A stretch of DNA of 64,000 bases from a virus (taxonomy: Duplodnaviria; Caudoviricetes). Position numbers and translations under genes: made by a program. Of the stretch, positions 44,428 through 52,450 are shown in pieces. Location of the stretch: the IMG/VR virus record IMGVR_UViG_3300032116_000009. One strand, 5' to 3'. The notes under the pieces are model-generated. The model was not told where the DNA came from. It ran no database searches and saw nothing but the letters and a program-made list of their open reading frames with translations. Each line of letters opens with the position of its first letter. Within the stretch, counting starts at the first letter, position 1.

Positions 44428-46076
44428 TATCTATAATCCCACATATATTGCATGTCTCCATATTCATCAACATGCCAACGATCGCCATCTTCATCAACAA
44501 AGCTTTCTCCACTATCTAACCCATCAGAAATGAATCCGAAAGGGGCCATATCTTGTTCAATTTGATTTTTTTGTTCTTCATAAATCCTTTTACGAACATC
44601 ATTGTCCGTCATTTCTTTGAAGTATGGTTGCATGATTAACCATGCAAAAATAACTAGACACATTGCAAGATCATCATTACAACCATCTTCAGCCTCAAAA
44701 GAATTAGCTTTCTGAATGAAAGTTGTGAGTTCACTGATCACTTCATAGTCTTTAATGACTAATTTATCTTCTTCTATTAAAGTCTTAAGATTCATGCATC
44801 CAATCTTTTTGACATTTTTGGACATCTTCACGCCCATTTGAGATTTCTTACCAGAAAACCCTTGACCCACTAATTGACCAGCACGACCCCTCATCGTACA
44901 CATAAGGACGTTATCATATTCCAAATCCATATGAAGAATCTGTCCAACTTGTTCACCAACGTCATTAACTTCAACTAAAACATATGCTTTATTGTAAGCG
45001 ACTGCAAGATCTTTGATAATACTCGGAAATAACATTGGTTTAATCTGGTTATTTCTGTATTTTGCTACAAGTCTATATGGAAAACTTGTTGTATCACAAA
45101 TTGTAAATGCTGAATAATCTTTCTCTACGCCCCTAGCAACATCAACCGTTAAAACATAATTATGATCCTTTTGAGGTTCTTCATAAATGTCAAGGCCTGC
45201 ATTTCTTTTTATGGGATCATCGTAAACTAAAGATCTGAGTTTTGCTGCAGATATGAGAGTATCGACAGATCCTAAAAATTCGCACTCAAACTCAACTTTA
45301 AATTGTTGTTCTGACGTGTTTGCAATAGTTTGTGCTTTCCACTTATCGTCTCTTCCTGGAACTTCGGACCAATGAACATCTGTGGGAACGTATTCATTTT
45401 TACCGCGTTCGGCATCATGCCACATACGGTAAAAATGATTCATACCTTTTGGGGTAGAAACAATTAGGACTTTTGTGCTTTGTCCAGACGATATAGTAGG
45501 ATAAACAGAGGCAAAGAATTCATCAGCAATGTGATTCGGGATGAAAGCGAATTCGTCCAAAAAGATGATATTATACGATCCGCCTCGGACAGCAGATGCA
45601 GAAGTAGATGCGGCGATAATTTTTGAGCCATTCTCCAGTTCTAGAGATCGTTTGTTCCATGATACGATACCTTGTTGCATCCATTTTGGCAGTTTTTCAT
45701 ATGCAAATTGTAATCTACTAAGTAGATCTTGTGCTGTGGATGCCTTGTTGGCTAGAATAGCTATGTTAACATTATCATTAAACACTGCATAATGTAACAA
45801 ATATGAAACACAAGTTGTAGATTTACCTGTCTGACGAGGCATTCTACAAATGTTAAATCTATTTTCGTGAAAGTTTGTAATTAACTTCTCTTGGAATGGA
45901 TACATCCTAAAAGGTATTTCACCATAGTCTAGTGAAACAATCTTGATATAATTTTTAGCAAAATACACAGGATCGTTCTTGCACTTTACAAACTCAAGAA
46001 CTTGTTCCTGTGTAAATTCTACGGCTACATTAGCCTTTTTAAGGTTGGGATTACCAAGATATACCTGATCACTCAT
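44427..46076 (-). CDS. gp17: Terminase large subunit (T4 gp17)
   Basis: PRQTGKST, LDEFAF, STPKG, DVARG and DDLAMC motifs. Confidence 0.98.
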   Translation of the reverse strand: MSDQVYLGNPNLKKANVAVEFTQEQVLEFVKCKNDPVYFAKNYIKIVSLDYGEIPFRMYPFQEKLITNFHENRFNICRMPRQTGKSTTCVSYLLHYAVFNDNVNIAILANKASTAQDLLSRLQFAYEKLPKWMQQGIVSWNKRSLELENGSKIIAASTSASAVRGGSYNIIFLDEFAFIPNHIADEFFASVYPTISSGQSTKVLIVSTPKGMNHFYRMWHDAERGKNEYVPTDVHWSEVPGRDDKWKAQTIANTSEQQFKVEFECEFLGSVDTLISAAKLRSLVYDDPIKRNAGLDIYEEPQKDHNYVLTVDVARGVEKDYSAFTICDTTSFPYRLVAKYRNNQIKPMLFPSIIKDLAVAYNKAYVLVEVNDVGEQVGQILHMDLEYDNVLMCTMRGRAGQLVGQGFSGKKSQMGVKMSKNVKKIGCMNLKTLIEEDKLVIKDYEVISELTTFIQKANSFEAEDGCNDDLAMCLVIFAWLIMQPYFKEMTDNDVRKRIYEEQKNQIEQDMAPFGFISDGLDSGESFVDEDGDRWHVDEYGDMQYMWDYR

Positions 46077-46085
46077 AAGACAAAA

Positions 46086-46262
46086 TTACAATTTCGCTAA
46101 ACTTGCTACGACTTCTTGTTGTTTGAGATATAGTTTAAAATAAGCTTTGGCAAATTCTATTGCTTCATCTCTATCTAACTTATCTATAACCCTCGATTGT
46201 TGTTCATAAATTAACATCTTATTAATATCTTCAAGTACTATTTCAGAGGGATTTACGTTCAT
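46086..46262 (-). CDS. NblA-like phycobilisome degradation adaptor candidate (58 aa), below the ORF-track cutoff
   Basis: Hand translation MNVNPSEIVLEDINKMLIYEQQSRVIDKLDRDEAIEFAKAYFKLYLKQQEVVASLAKL. The ORF fills the gap exactly; its size and two-helix pattern fit NblA as recalled. Confidence 0.55.
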   Translation of the reverse strand: MNVNPSEIVLEDINKMLIYEQQSRVIDKLDRDEAIEFAKAYFKLYLKQQEVVASLAKL

Positions 46263-46263
46263 T

Positions 46264-48189
46264 TCAATTACCTTGAATAACTACAATTGGTTTTGTTGGG
46301 TCGGTAGGACTTGGATACCACTGCATTATAACTGCGCCTGGATAAAACTTTTCAATTTCCTTTTTCACTTCATCTTTTGATGGCCTCTTCATACTTGAGA
46401 AGAAAAGTTGAAGATTTGTCATTGGTCTACCTCTCCATGAAAAAAGTATAGTATAAACATTACCACTAGATTGTATCCGTTGATAATCTTCGTTTGTCAA
46501 TTGTCCTGGTTGAATAACAGAGTCTGCAAGAGGAAGAGAGGGGCCACTTAGTTTTCTAAGTGCGGCTTCTTTCTCTCCTTTGTTAGTAGTTCCAGTTGCA
46601 AGATTGCGAATTTTTGCTTGTCTTTGTGCATGTCTGTGTCCAGAACCGATTTCAAAACTCACATTTTCATTTGCTGGGTGAACTTTTGCAATACTATATG
46701 GTTTTTCTGGAGCTAATGAAGAAGGTAGTGAGAACATTTTCCAATAACCTTCGCCGTATTTGCATTCGGAAGATGTTTCATTTTTTTGGCACTTTGGGCA
46801 ATATCTTACTCCATTCATTTCTTCTGGAATAAATTCTTCTTTTTTGGTTTTATTGCCCCAGTTTGCAGCACCAACTTTACGACACTTAACTAACGCACCA
46901 GATGCATATGCAGAAGGCCAAACCTTATAACGAGATTTTACCTTTGAATAACATGCGTCCTTTTCTTCACCTAATTTTGCAGCCCTTCTTTTTGCTTTAC
47001 TTCCTTTTCCTCTATCTCTGTTTTTACCTAAAGTGTCTGCCCAATAATCTTTATTCTTTCTATTCATTTCACCACCAACAGATCTTTCTTCTGGAGGGGC
47101 ACTTCTTCCACCACGACTTCTCATAGAATCAAATCTTTTATCCAATTCCTCAGTGGCAACCATCTTAGCCTTACCCTTTCTATCTGGGTTTGGATCTTCC
47201 TGGTTCTTACGACGGAATGCTCTCTCCTCTTCTTTATCGGAGAGTTCTGCTTTCATTTTGCTGGAACCACACTTTGGTTTTGTGGTTTGTCCTGGTTGTT
47301 TTGCACAGGGTTTCCCTGCGTATTTACCACCCAGTTGAACCCAACCAGGGGTGCCATCAGAAGCGCGACTCTTAGTAAACCAGTCACGCAAAGAACTATC
47401 ACCACTCTTGTTGGCTTCATCAATGGAATTCTCCTTCACACAATTAGGAACTATCTTCTTTCCTTTCTTTTTCATTCCGAGTTGTTTGTAACCATCCCAA
47501 CATTTTTCGTTCACAGGCTCAGTAAAACTTTTGAATTTATAATCAGACCCTTTAACAATATCAATAATAGTTGCAAAAAGATTTCCGTCTGCATCTAGAA
47601 TCTCTAGATGTTCATTCATTCTTTTTTTACGACCTTGGCAGTGAGCTTTCTGGGAAAATCCTTTTGGATTATCACAATCAATTGACTTTTTATATTTTTC
47701 CGACCAATCTTCCTTTACCTTCTCCATTTTTCTAAGTTTGGAGTAGTAATTTGGAATTTCGTCTAAATGTTGCAATGCAATATCCATTGCTTGATCATTA
47801 TCTGTAGTATGTTCCTTTTCAACTTTCATCCCCATCTCAAGTTGTTTTTCGATAACTGATGGAGATACTTTATGCTTTTTTGCGATTTCTTCTATGGATT
47901 TGTGTCCTTTGAACCCTTCTTTAACATCAGATTTTCTTTCTGTATCATCTTCTCCATGAGTAAGATGATCAGCTACTGTATCAAGATACTCTGCAGCTTT
48001 AGTGATTTTGGATTGTACCCACGCTTCTAGATCTCCTTCACCTTTGAGTTTGGTCATCAATCTTGTAATTGCTGCCTGTGCAGTCTTAAGTTCTCCACGA
48101 GCCATTGAGAACTCAAAGTCTTCTCCAAGAGGTGCAATTGTTTGGAGGTCCGAGAGAATAGACCACTCTTTAAAGGTAAGTTTTTCCAT
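46264..48189 (-). CDS. Modular late protein of short Cys-pair/basic modules (putative head-internal polyprotein; includes a DUF5661-like EHT..IALQHLDE module)
   Basis: Likely start MEKLTFKEW at 48189; about 11 discrete modules, each beginning after xxE. Confidence 0.8.
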   Translation of the reverse strand: MEKLTFKEWSILSDLQTIAPLGEDFEFSMARGELKTAQAAITRLMTKLKGEGDLEAWVQSKITKAAEYLDTVADHLTHGEDDTERKSDVKEGFKGHKSIEEIAKKHKVSPSVIEKQLEMGMKVEKEHTTDNDQAMDIALQHLDEIPNYYSKLRKMEKVKEDWSEKYKKSIDCDNPKGFSQKAHCQGRKKRMNEHLEILDADGNLFATIIDIVKGSDYKFKSFTEPVNEKCWDGYKQLGMKKKGKKIVPNCVKENSIDEANKSGDSSLRDWFTKSRASDGTPGWVQLGGKYAGKPCAKQPGQTTKPKCGSSKMKAELSDKEEERAFRRKNQEDPNPDRKGKAKMVATEELDKRFDSMRSRGGRSAPPEERSVGGEMNRKNKDYWADTLGKNRDRGKGSKAKRRAAKLGEEKDACYSKVKSRYKVWPSAYASGALVKCRKVGAANWGNKTKKEEFIPEEMNGVRYCPKCQKNETSSECKYGEGYWKMFSLPSSLAPEKPYSIAKVHPANENVSFEIGSGHRHAQRQAKIRNLATGTTNKGEKEAALRKLSGPSLPLADSVIQPGQLTNEDYQRIQSSGNVYTILFSWRGRPMTNLQLFFSSMKRPSKDEVKKEIEKFYPGAVIMQWYPSPTDPTKPIVVIQGN

Positions 48190-48190
48190 A

Positions 48191-48613
48191 TTACTTTTGA
48201 TTAGATAAGTTTTTCTTTCCAAGTGAAATCACTTGATCTTTTGTCATACCAGTTGCTTTCATCTTTGCTGCACCACCACCAGCAGCAAAATCATCCATTG
48301 GTTTTTTGACTGGTGTAGACTGCTGTTGAGAAGGTCTGTTTATTTTGTTAGAAAAATCTTGTTGTGCCTTTGCTGCTTTTGCCTTTTGTCCCGCATAAAG
48401 AACATCACTCACACTACTTCCTTTTTTTAGTGCTGCTTGTCCACCACCTGCTTTAAGGGCTGCATATCCACCTCTGTCAGAAAATTGCTTTGATCCAATC
48501 TGATTTGAAGCATAGGCATTTCTTTGAGCACTTGTAGTGAAACGACTATTTGGATTCATTGCCATTTCACTAATAGAATAAGCCTCGGCACAAAAATTTC
48601 GGAATGTCTTCAT
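48191..48613 (-). CDS. Gly/Ala/Lys-rich protein with MKTFRNFCAE-A leader
   Basis: 140-aa ORF downstream of a CTAAATA late promoter. Confidence 0.75.
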   Translation of the reverse strand: MKTFRNFCAEAYSISEMAMNPNSRFTTSAQRNAYASNQIGSKQFSDRGGYAALKAGGGQAALKKGSSVSDVLYAGQKAKAAKAQQDFSNKINRPSQQQSTPVKKPMDDFAAGGGAAKMKATGMTKDQVISLGKKNLSNQK

Positions 48614-48636
48614 TTCTTTACTTAGTGGTCTATCTA

Positions 48637-49068
48637 TTATTTAGATGTATCTTGATTCATGGAACTCTTCAAGAACTTTTGAAGTTCTGCAGTAGAACCA
48701 AAGAATACTGCATTGTTAGTAACACTTGTCGGTGTTGCTCCTTTTTCTTCCTTATTAATATCTTTCATTTTCTTTTGAAGATCTAAAAGTTTATCTGTAA
48801 CATCTCCAACATTCTTGATTAATTGTCCAGCAACTTCATATGCTCTAGGTGAATCTGATTCTTGGGCTAGTTCTAGAATTCCATTAATCGCTTCTTGACC
48901 CTTCTCGATAATTGAGTAAAGTTGACCCCTAGAATATTCATAATCCTTTTGTAATTGATCAAGATTTTCTGTAGGTTTTTGAATATCAGTTACTTCTGTT
49001 TTAACTATTTCGGATTTAATCGTTGTTGGTTCTATATCTAAAGCTTTGTCAATATCATCAAAGTTCAT
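48637..49068 (-). CDS. gp16: Terminase small subunit (T4 gp16)
   Basis: DYEYSRGQL...PRAYEVAGQL...GSTAELQK motifs. Confidence 0.93.
   Translation of the reverse strand: MNFDDIDKALDIEPTTIKSEIVKTEVTDIQKPTENLDQLQKDYEYSRGQLYSIIEKGQEAINGILELAQESDSPRAYEVAGQLIKNVGDVTDKLLDLQKKMKDINKEEKGATPTSVTNNAVFFGSTAELQKFLKSSMNQDTSK
48638..48644 (-). promoter_or_regulatory. Late promoter variant CTAAATA
   Basis: Overlaps the gp16 stop codon. Confidence 0.55.
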
Positions 49069-50117
49069 ACATCAGTTCCTTTAGTAGTACTATAAACTTT
49101 ACCATCACCATAATCATAACGATATTCACTAAATCCAAAATCATCGTCAAGATCAATTAAATCATCATCTACACTATTAATAACATTGACTGCAGTTCCA
49201 GAAGCATGTGAAGAAGCTATCGTACCATCTTGACTTCTATTAACCGTTAATGTATTTCCACTTATCTTACGAATGTACATAGATTCGTCATCAATTTGAA
49301 TATATGATTTTTCAACTAAAGACGTAGCATCAGAAACTGTAAATTCTGTAATATCTGTAGAAACATCCTCTGAAATTACCGTTATTTCATCATTGTTATA
49401 ATCTCTAAGAGCCCTAGGTTCTACTACATATCTTAATTGTCTTGATGAATTGTTTCTATTGGTATTGGAATAGTAATCTACTTGAACTTGTTTAATTAGA
49501 GCATCATTACCATTTCCAGTAGGGCCAAATAGATATGTTTTAGCTGTGAAGTCAAGAGTATAAATTAAAATTCTTCTTGTTGTAAAATCTCCTTCATATT
49601 GATCATCTATTCCAATTCTTTCCAAAATCATTGGAATATCTCTTTTTTCACCAATACTTGAGGCTAAATCTACTGTTAGATTTAAGTGTGGTTGGAAATA
49701 GGGCAATATTTGTTCTACTATTTGTAAAGCATCTTCATTCAATTTAGCCATTATTGAAAGTCTAATGTTTACATTATATGGAACTGGCAAAAAAGATTTT
49801 GTTATTTCATTATTATTATCAGAATCCAATGCTTTAAATGTCTGCATTGTAGATGACTTTCTGGATGGATCATAAGAGATACCAGTCATCTCAAATGACA
49901 TTCTCGGTAGAGTTATAGCAACTCTTCTTTTTAAATCTGGTACTTGTTCAATTCTAGCTAAAAATTTCTGTATGGGTCCATAAGCTATAGGGACCGTAAT
50001 GATACTAAAATCATCTCCAGCACTATCTTTATGTTTAATTTTTATATCATTAAATAACGTACCAAAAGCTACTATGGTCTTTCTCAATATTTCGTGATAA
50101 AAATAATTTGATATCAT
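49065..50117 (-). CDS. gp15: Tail sheath stabiliser/terminator (T4 gp15) with an extra C-proximal domain
   Basis: FGTLFN, VPIAYGP, LPRMSFE and QILPYFQP motifs. Confidence 0.93.
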   Translation of the reverse strand: MISNYFYHEILRKTIVAFGTLFNDIKIKHKDSAGDDFSIITVPIAYGPIQKFLARIEQVPDLKRRVAITLPRMSFEMTGISYDPSRKSSTMQTFKALDSDNNNEITKSFLPVPYNVNIRLSIMAKLNEDALQIVEQILPYFQPHLNLTVDLASSIGEKRDIPMILERIGIDDQYEGDFTTRRILIYTLDFTAKTYLFGPTGNGNDALIKQVQVDYYSNTNRNNSSRQLRYVVEPRALRDYNNDEITVISEDVSTDITEFTVSDATSLVEKSYIQIDDESMYIRKISGNTLTVNRSQDGTIASSHASGTAVNVINSVDDDLIDLDDDFGFSEYRYDYGDGKVYSTTKGTDV

Positions 50118-50140
50118 TATAATTTATTGGGAGTAATAAT

Positions 50141-50147
50141 TATTTAG
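50141..50147 (-). promoter_or_regulatory. Late promoter variant CTAAATA
   Basis: Overlaps the gp14 stop codon. Confidence 0.55.
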
Positions 50148-51574
50148 TATTCACCAAAAGGATTTCTTTGACTGAAATCTACAATTGCATCAGCGGCATT
50201 TTCAATCTGAATGTTTTCTGCATAAGCATCCAAAAACTCATTAGTTTGTACAGTGGATATTTTGTAACTCGCGGCAACTCCAACAATAGCTTCTCCTCTT
50301 GCAAAAGTACCGTCAACGATCGCTACTTTGAGTATTCTATTTGTAGAATCCCAACTCTTAACATATCCGGTCGTTCCTGTTCTCGTTCCAGTTACAACCT
50401 CATTATAATCATAATCACCAAATGTAGTTGCAGTTGGATCTGTAAAAGATATTGTTGGAGTAAATGTATAACCAGCACCAGCATTCGAATATCTTACTGA
50501 TACAACGACTCCATTAGAGTTAACAACTGCTTCAGCCTGTGCATTATTAATGTTTGATGATATTCCCGAACCAGATGGAATAAAGATTTTCTGTATCGTA
50601 ACTTGTGGAGTAGTTGTATAACCAACACCACCAGAAGAAATACCAATAATTCCTAGAACTCCACTATTGATGACAGCTGTTGCGATTCCACCAGAACCTC
50701 CACCACCAGAAATACTTACTGTTGGTGGTTCAGTATATCCAAATCCGGGATTTGTGATTAAAATTCTGTCAATGGCTAATCTCTGATTAGAAGATCTACT
50801 TGTCATTATAGCAACAGCAGTAGCAGTCAATCCTCCAGTAGGTGCTGTAGATATTGAAACAATTGGAGCAGAATTATATCCATATCCATCATTGATTAAA
50901 TCAATATACTGTACAGACTTGGAATTTGGATTTGTAGTTGCAAATCCTACAGTAGCTGTTGCAACAGTTGCTCCAGTACCAACCATTTGAATAGTATAAA
51001 TGTTTCCAAGATCTTTGATAGATTCATTGACTTCGATTCCAGTTGGATCGACCTCTGGTACATCAATAATTTCATCCTCATATTCAAATCTCTCACATCT
51101 TAATTCATATACATAAAGGTTGTTTAATTGATAGAAAGGTTTTTTATGTTCTACATATTTGATTTCAAATAGAGACTCATCTAAAGGAAACCAGATTAAA
51201 TCACCTTCTTGTGGTCTATATGCTATCTTTCTTTCAGTTTCTGGCCATAATTTAAGTAAAGGGGATATAAAATCGTCATATCTTTCTTTTGAAATTATTA
51301 AATTTATTTCATCGCTACTTCTAACACCAAATTTACTGAGAATATCTCCATTCCCACTAAATCCCTCATAATTCATTAAATAAGCTTCTATACGAAAACT
51401 ATCATCAAACTTGGATGCAGTAACTTCTTTGATGACAGTATTTTCACCAACTATTTTTCTGGGCATGTATAGAACATCTTGTCCATACATTTTAAGTTGT
51501 TCATTAATTAAATCTTGAATGAGTCTTTGCTCACTCGGAGATCCTTGGAGGAAATAAGAATTTAATGGTGACAT
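50144..51574 (-). CDS. gp14: Neck protein (T4 gp14) with inserted Gly/Thr-rich repeats
   Basis: YGQDVLYMPR, EGDLIWFP, FYQL...YELRCE and NPFGE motifs. Confidence 0.92.
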   Translation of the reverse strand: MSPLNSYFLQGSPSEQRLIQDLINEQLKMYGQDVLYMPRKIVGENTVIKEVTASKFDDSFRIEAYLMNYEGFSGNGDILSKFGVRSSDEINLIISKERYDDFISPLLKLWPETERKIAYRPQEGDLIWFPLDESLFEIKYVEHKKPFYQLNNLYVYELRCERFEYEDEIIDVPEVDPTGIEVNESIKDLGNIYTIQMVGTGATVATATVGFATTNPNSKSVQYIDLINDGYGYNSAPIVSISTAPTGGLTATAVAIMTSRSSNQRLAIDRILITNPGFGYTEPPTVSISGGGGSGGIATAVINSGVLGIIGISSGGVGYTTTPQVTIQKIFIPSGSGISSNINNAQAEAVVNSNGVVVSVRYSNAGAGYTFTPTISFTDPTATTFGDYDYNEVVTGTRTGTTGYVKSWDSTNRILKVAIVDGTFARGEAIVGVAASYKISTVQTNEFLDAYAENIQIENAADAIVDFSQRNPFGEY

Positions 51575-51575
51575 A

Positions 51576-52406
51576 TTATCCTATGAGATCGAGTGGTGGT
51601 AGTTCGTACTCGTCTTTTAATTGTTGTTCTAGTTTTTCAACCTCGGCTACACCATCATCATAAATTTGTCTTCCATTTAGTTGAACTCCACCGGGAAGTA
51701 AAACTCCATTAAATTTGATCATGTTTTGTCCCCACTGTTTTTTAATTAAAGCAGTAAGGTATTTCTTTAACCACCAATCATTGTAAAGTTTTGGAGCATC
51801 TGAAGGATCAACGATTCTATAACAATCAATAATTACATACTCATTCTCACCAACTTGTTGCCAATCTATGTCTAAGTATAACTTATGATTCTTTTTGTTA
51901 AAACGAATTTGAGCATGAGGATTTAATAAGTAATCTAGATCTTCAAGATATCTTTTAACCATAGCATAGTTAAGTAGATCTAATGCACCATAATAATAAA
52001 CATCATTTAAAAATAACTGATATTTAATATTAAAAAGACCGTCCGAAACTGTACTAGAGTTTATCTTAAGAATACTATTAACACCAATAATTGAATCTGG
52101 AAGGGGTAGATAGTTTACTCCTTCAACATAAGAAAGAGATGTCAAACCAGCTCCAACAACAGTTGGAGATGTAGTAGCAGAACCTATAGGTCCAGGTTGA
52201 GCCAATGTTGATTTGGTTGCAGGAGTGAGTTTGTGTTTTAAAAACACACGATCAATACCATCATAATGACGTTCATGATAATATTGAATTGCATCATCAA
52301 TTAGATTATCAATTTGATCATCATCTACATTTATCTCTAAAACTGGCTTTCCTAGTTGTTTGAGGCAATAATCTTTCAACTCCGCTCTACTAGATGGTTG
52401 CGCCAT
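51576..52406 (-). CDS. gp13: Neck protein (T4 gp13)
   Basis: YCLKQLG.PVLEINV, QWGQNMIKF and LPGGVQLNG motifs. Confidence 0.95.
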   Translation of the reverse strand: MAQPSSRAELKDYCLKQLGKPVLEINVDDDQIDNLIDDAIQYYHERHYDGIDRVFLKHKLTPATKSTLAQPGPIGSATTSPTVVGAGLTSLSYVEGVNYLPLPDSIIGVNSILKINSSTVSDGLFNIKYQLFLNDVYYYGALDLLNYAMVKRYLEDLDYLLNPHAQIRFNKKNHKLYLDIDWQQVGENEYVIIDCYRIVDPSDAPKLYNDWWLKKYLTALIKKQWGQNMIKFNGVLLPGGVQLNGRQIYDDGVAEVEKLEQQLKDEYELPPLDLIG

Positions 52407-52440
52407 AAAAAAATACCCCTAGTTTCCTAGAGGTATTTAT
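52407..52440 (-). terminator. Terminator with an overlapping late promoter (ATAAATA at 52434-52440)
   Basis: UACCUCUAG-GAAA-CUAGGGGUA-UUUUUUU followed directly by the gp13 ATG. Confidence 0.8.
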
Positions 52441-52450
52441 GTTTTTTTAT

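Noticed and set aside
8782-46076. Introns or inteins in gp41, gp43, gp46, uvsW, gp20 or gp17
   Set aside because: All are continuous ORFs of ordinary length, with no intein splice motifs or homing-endonuclease insertions visible.
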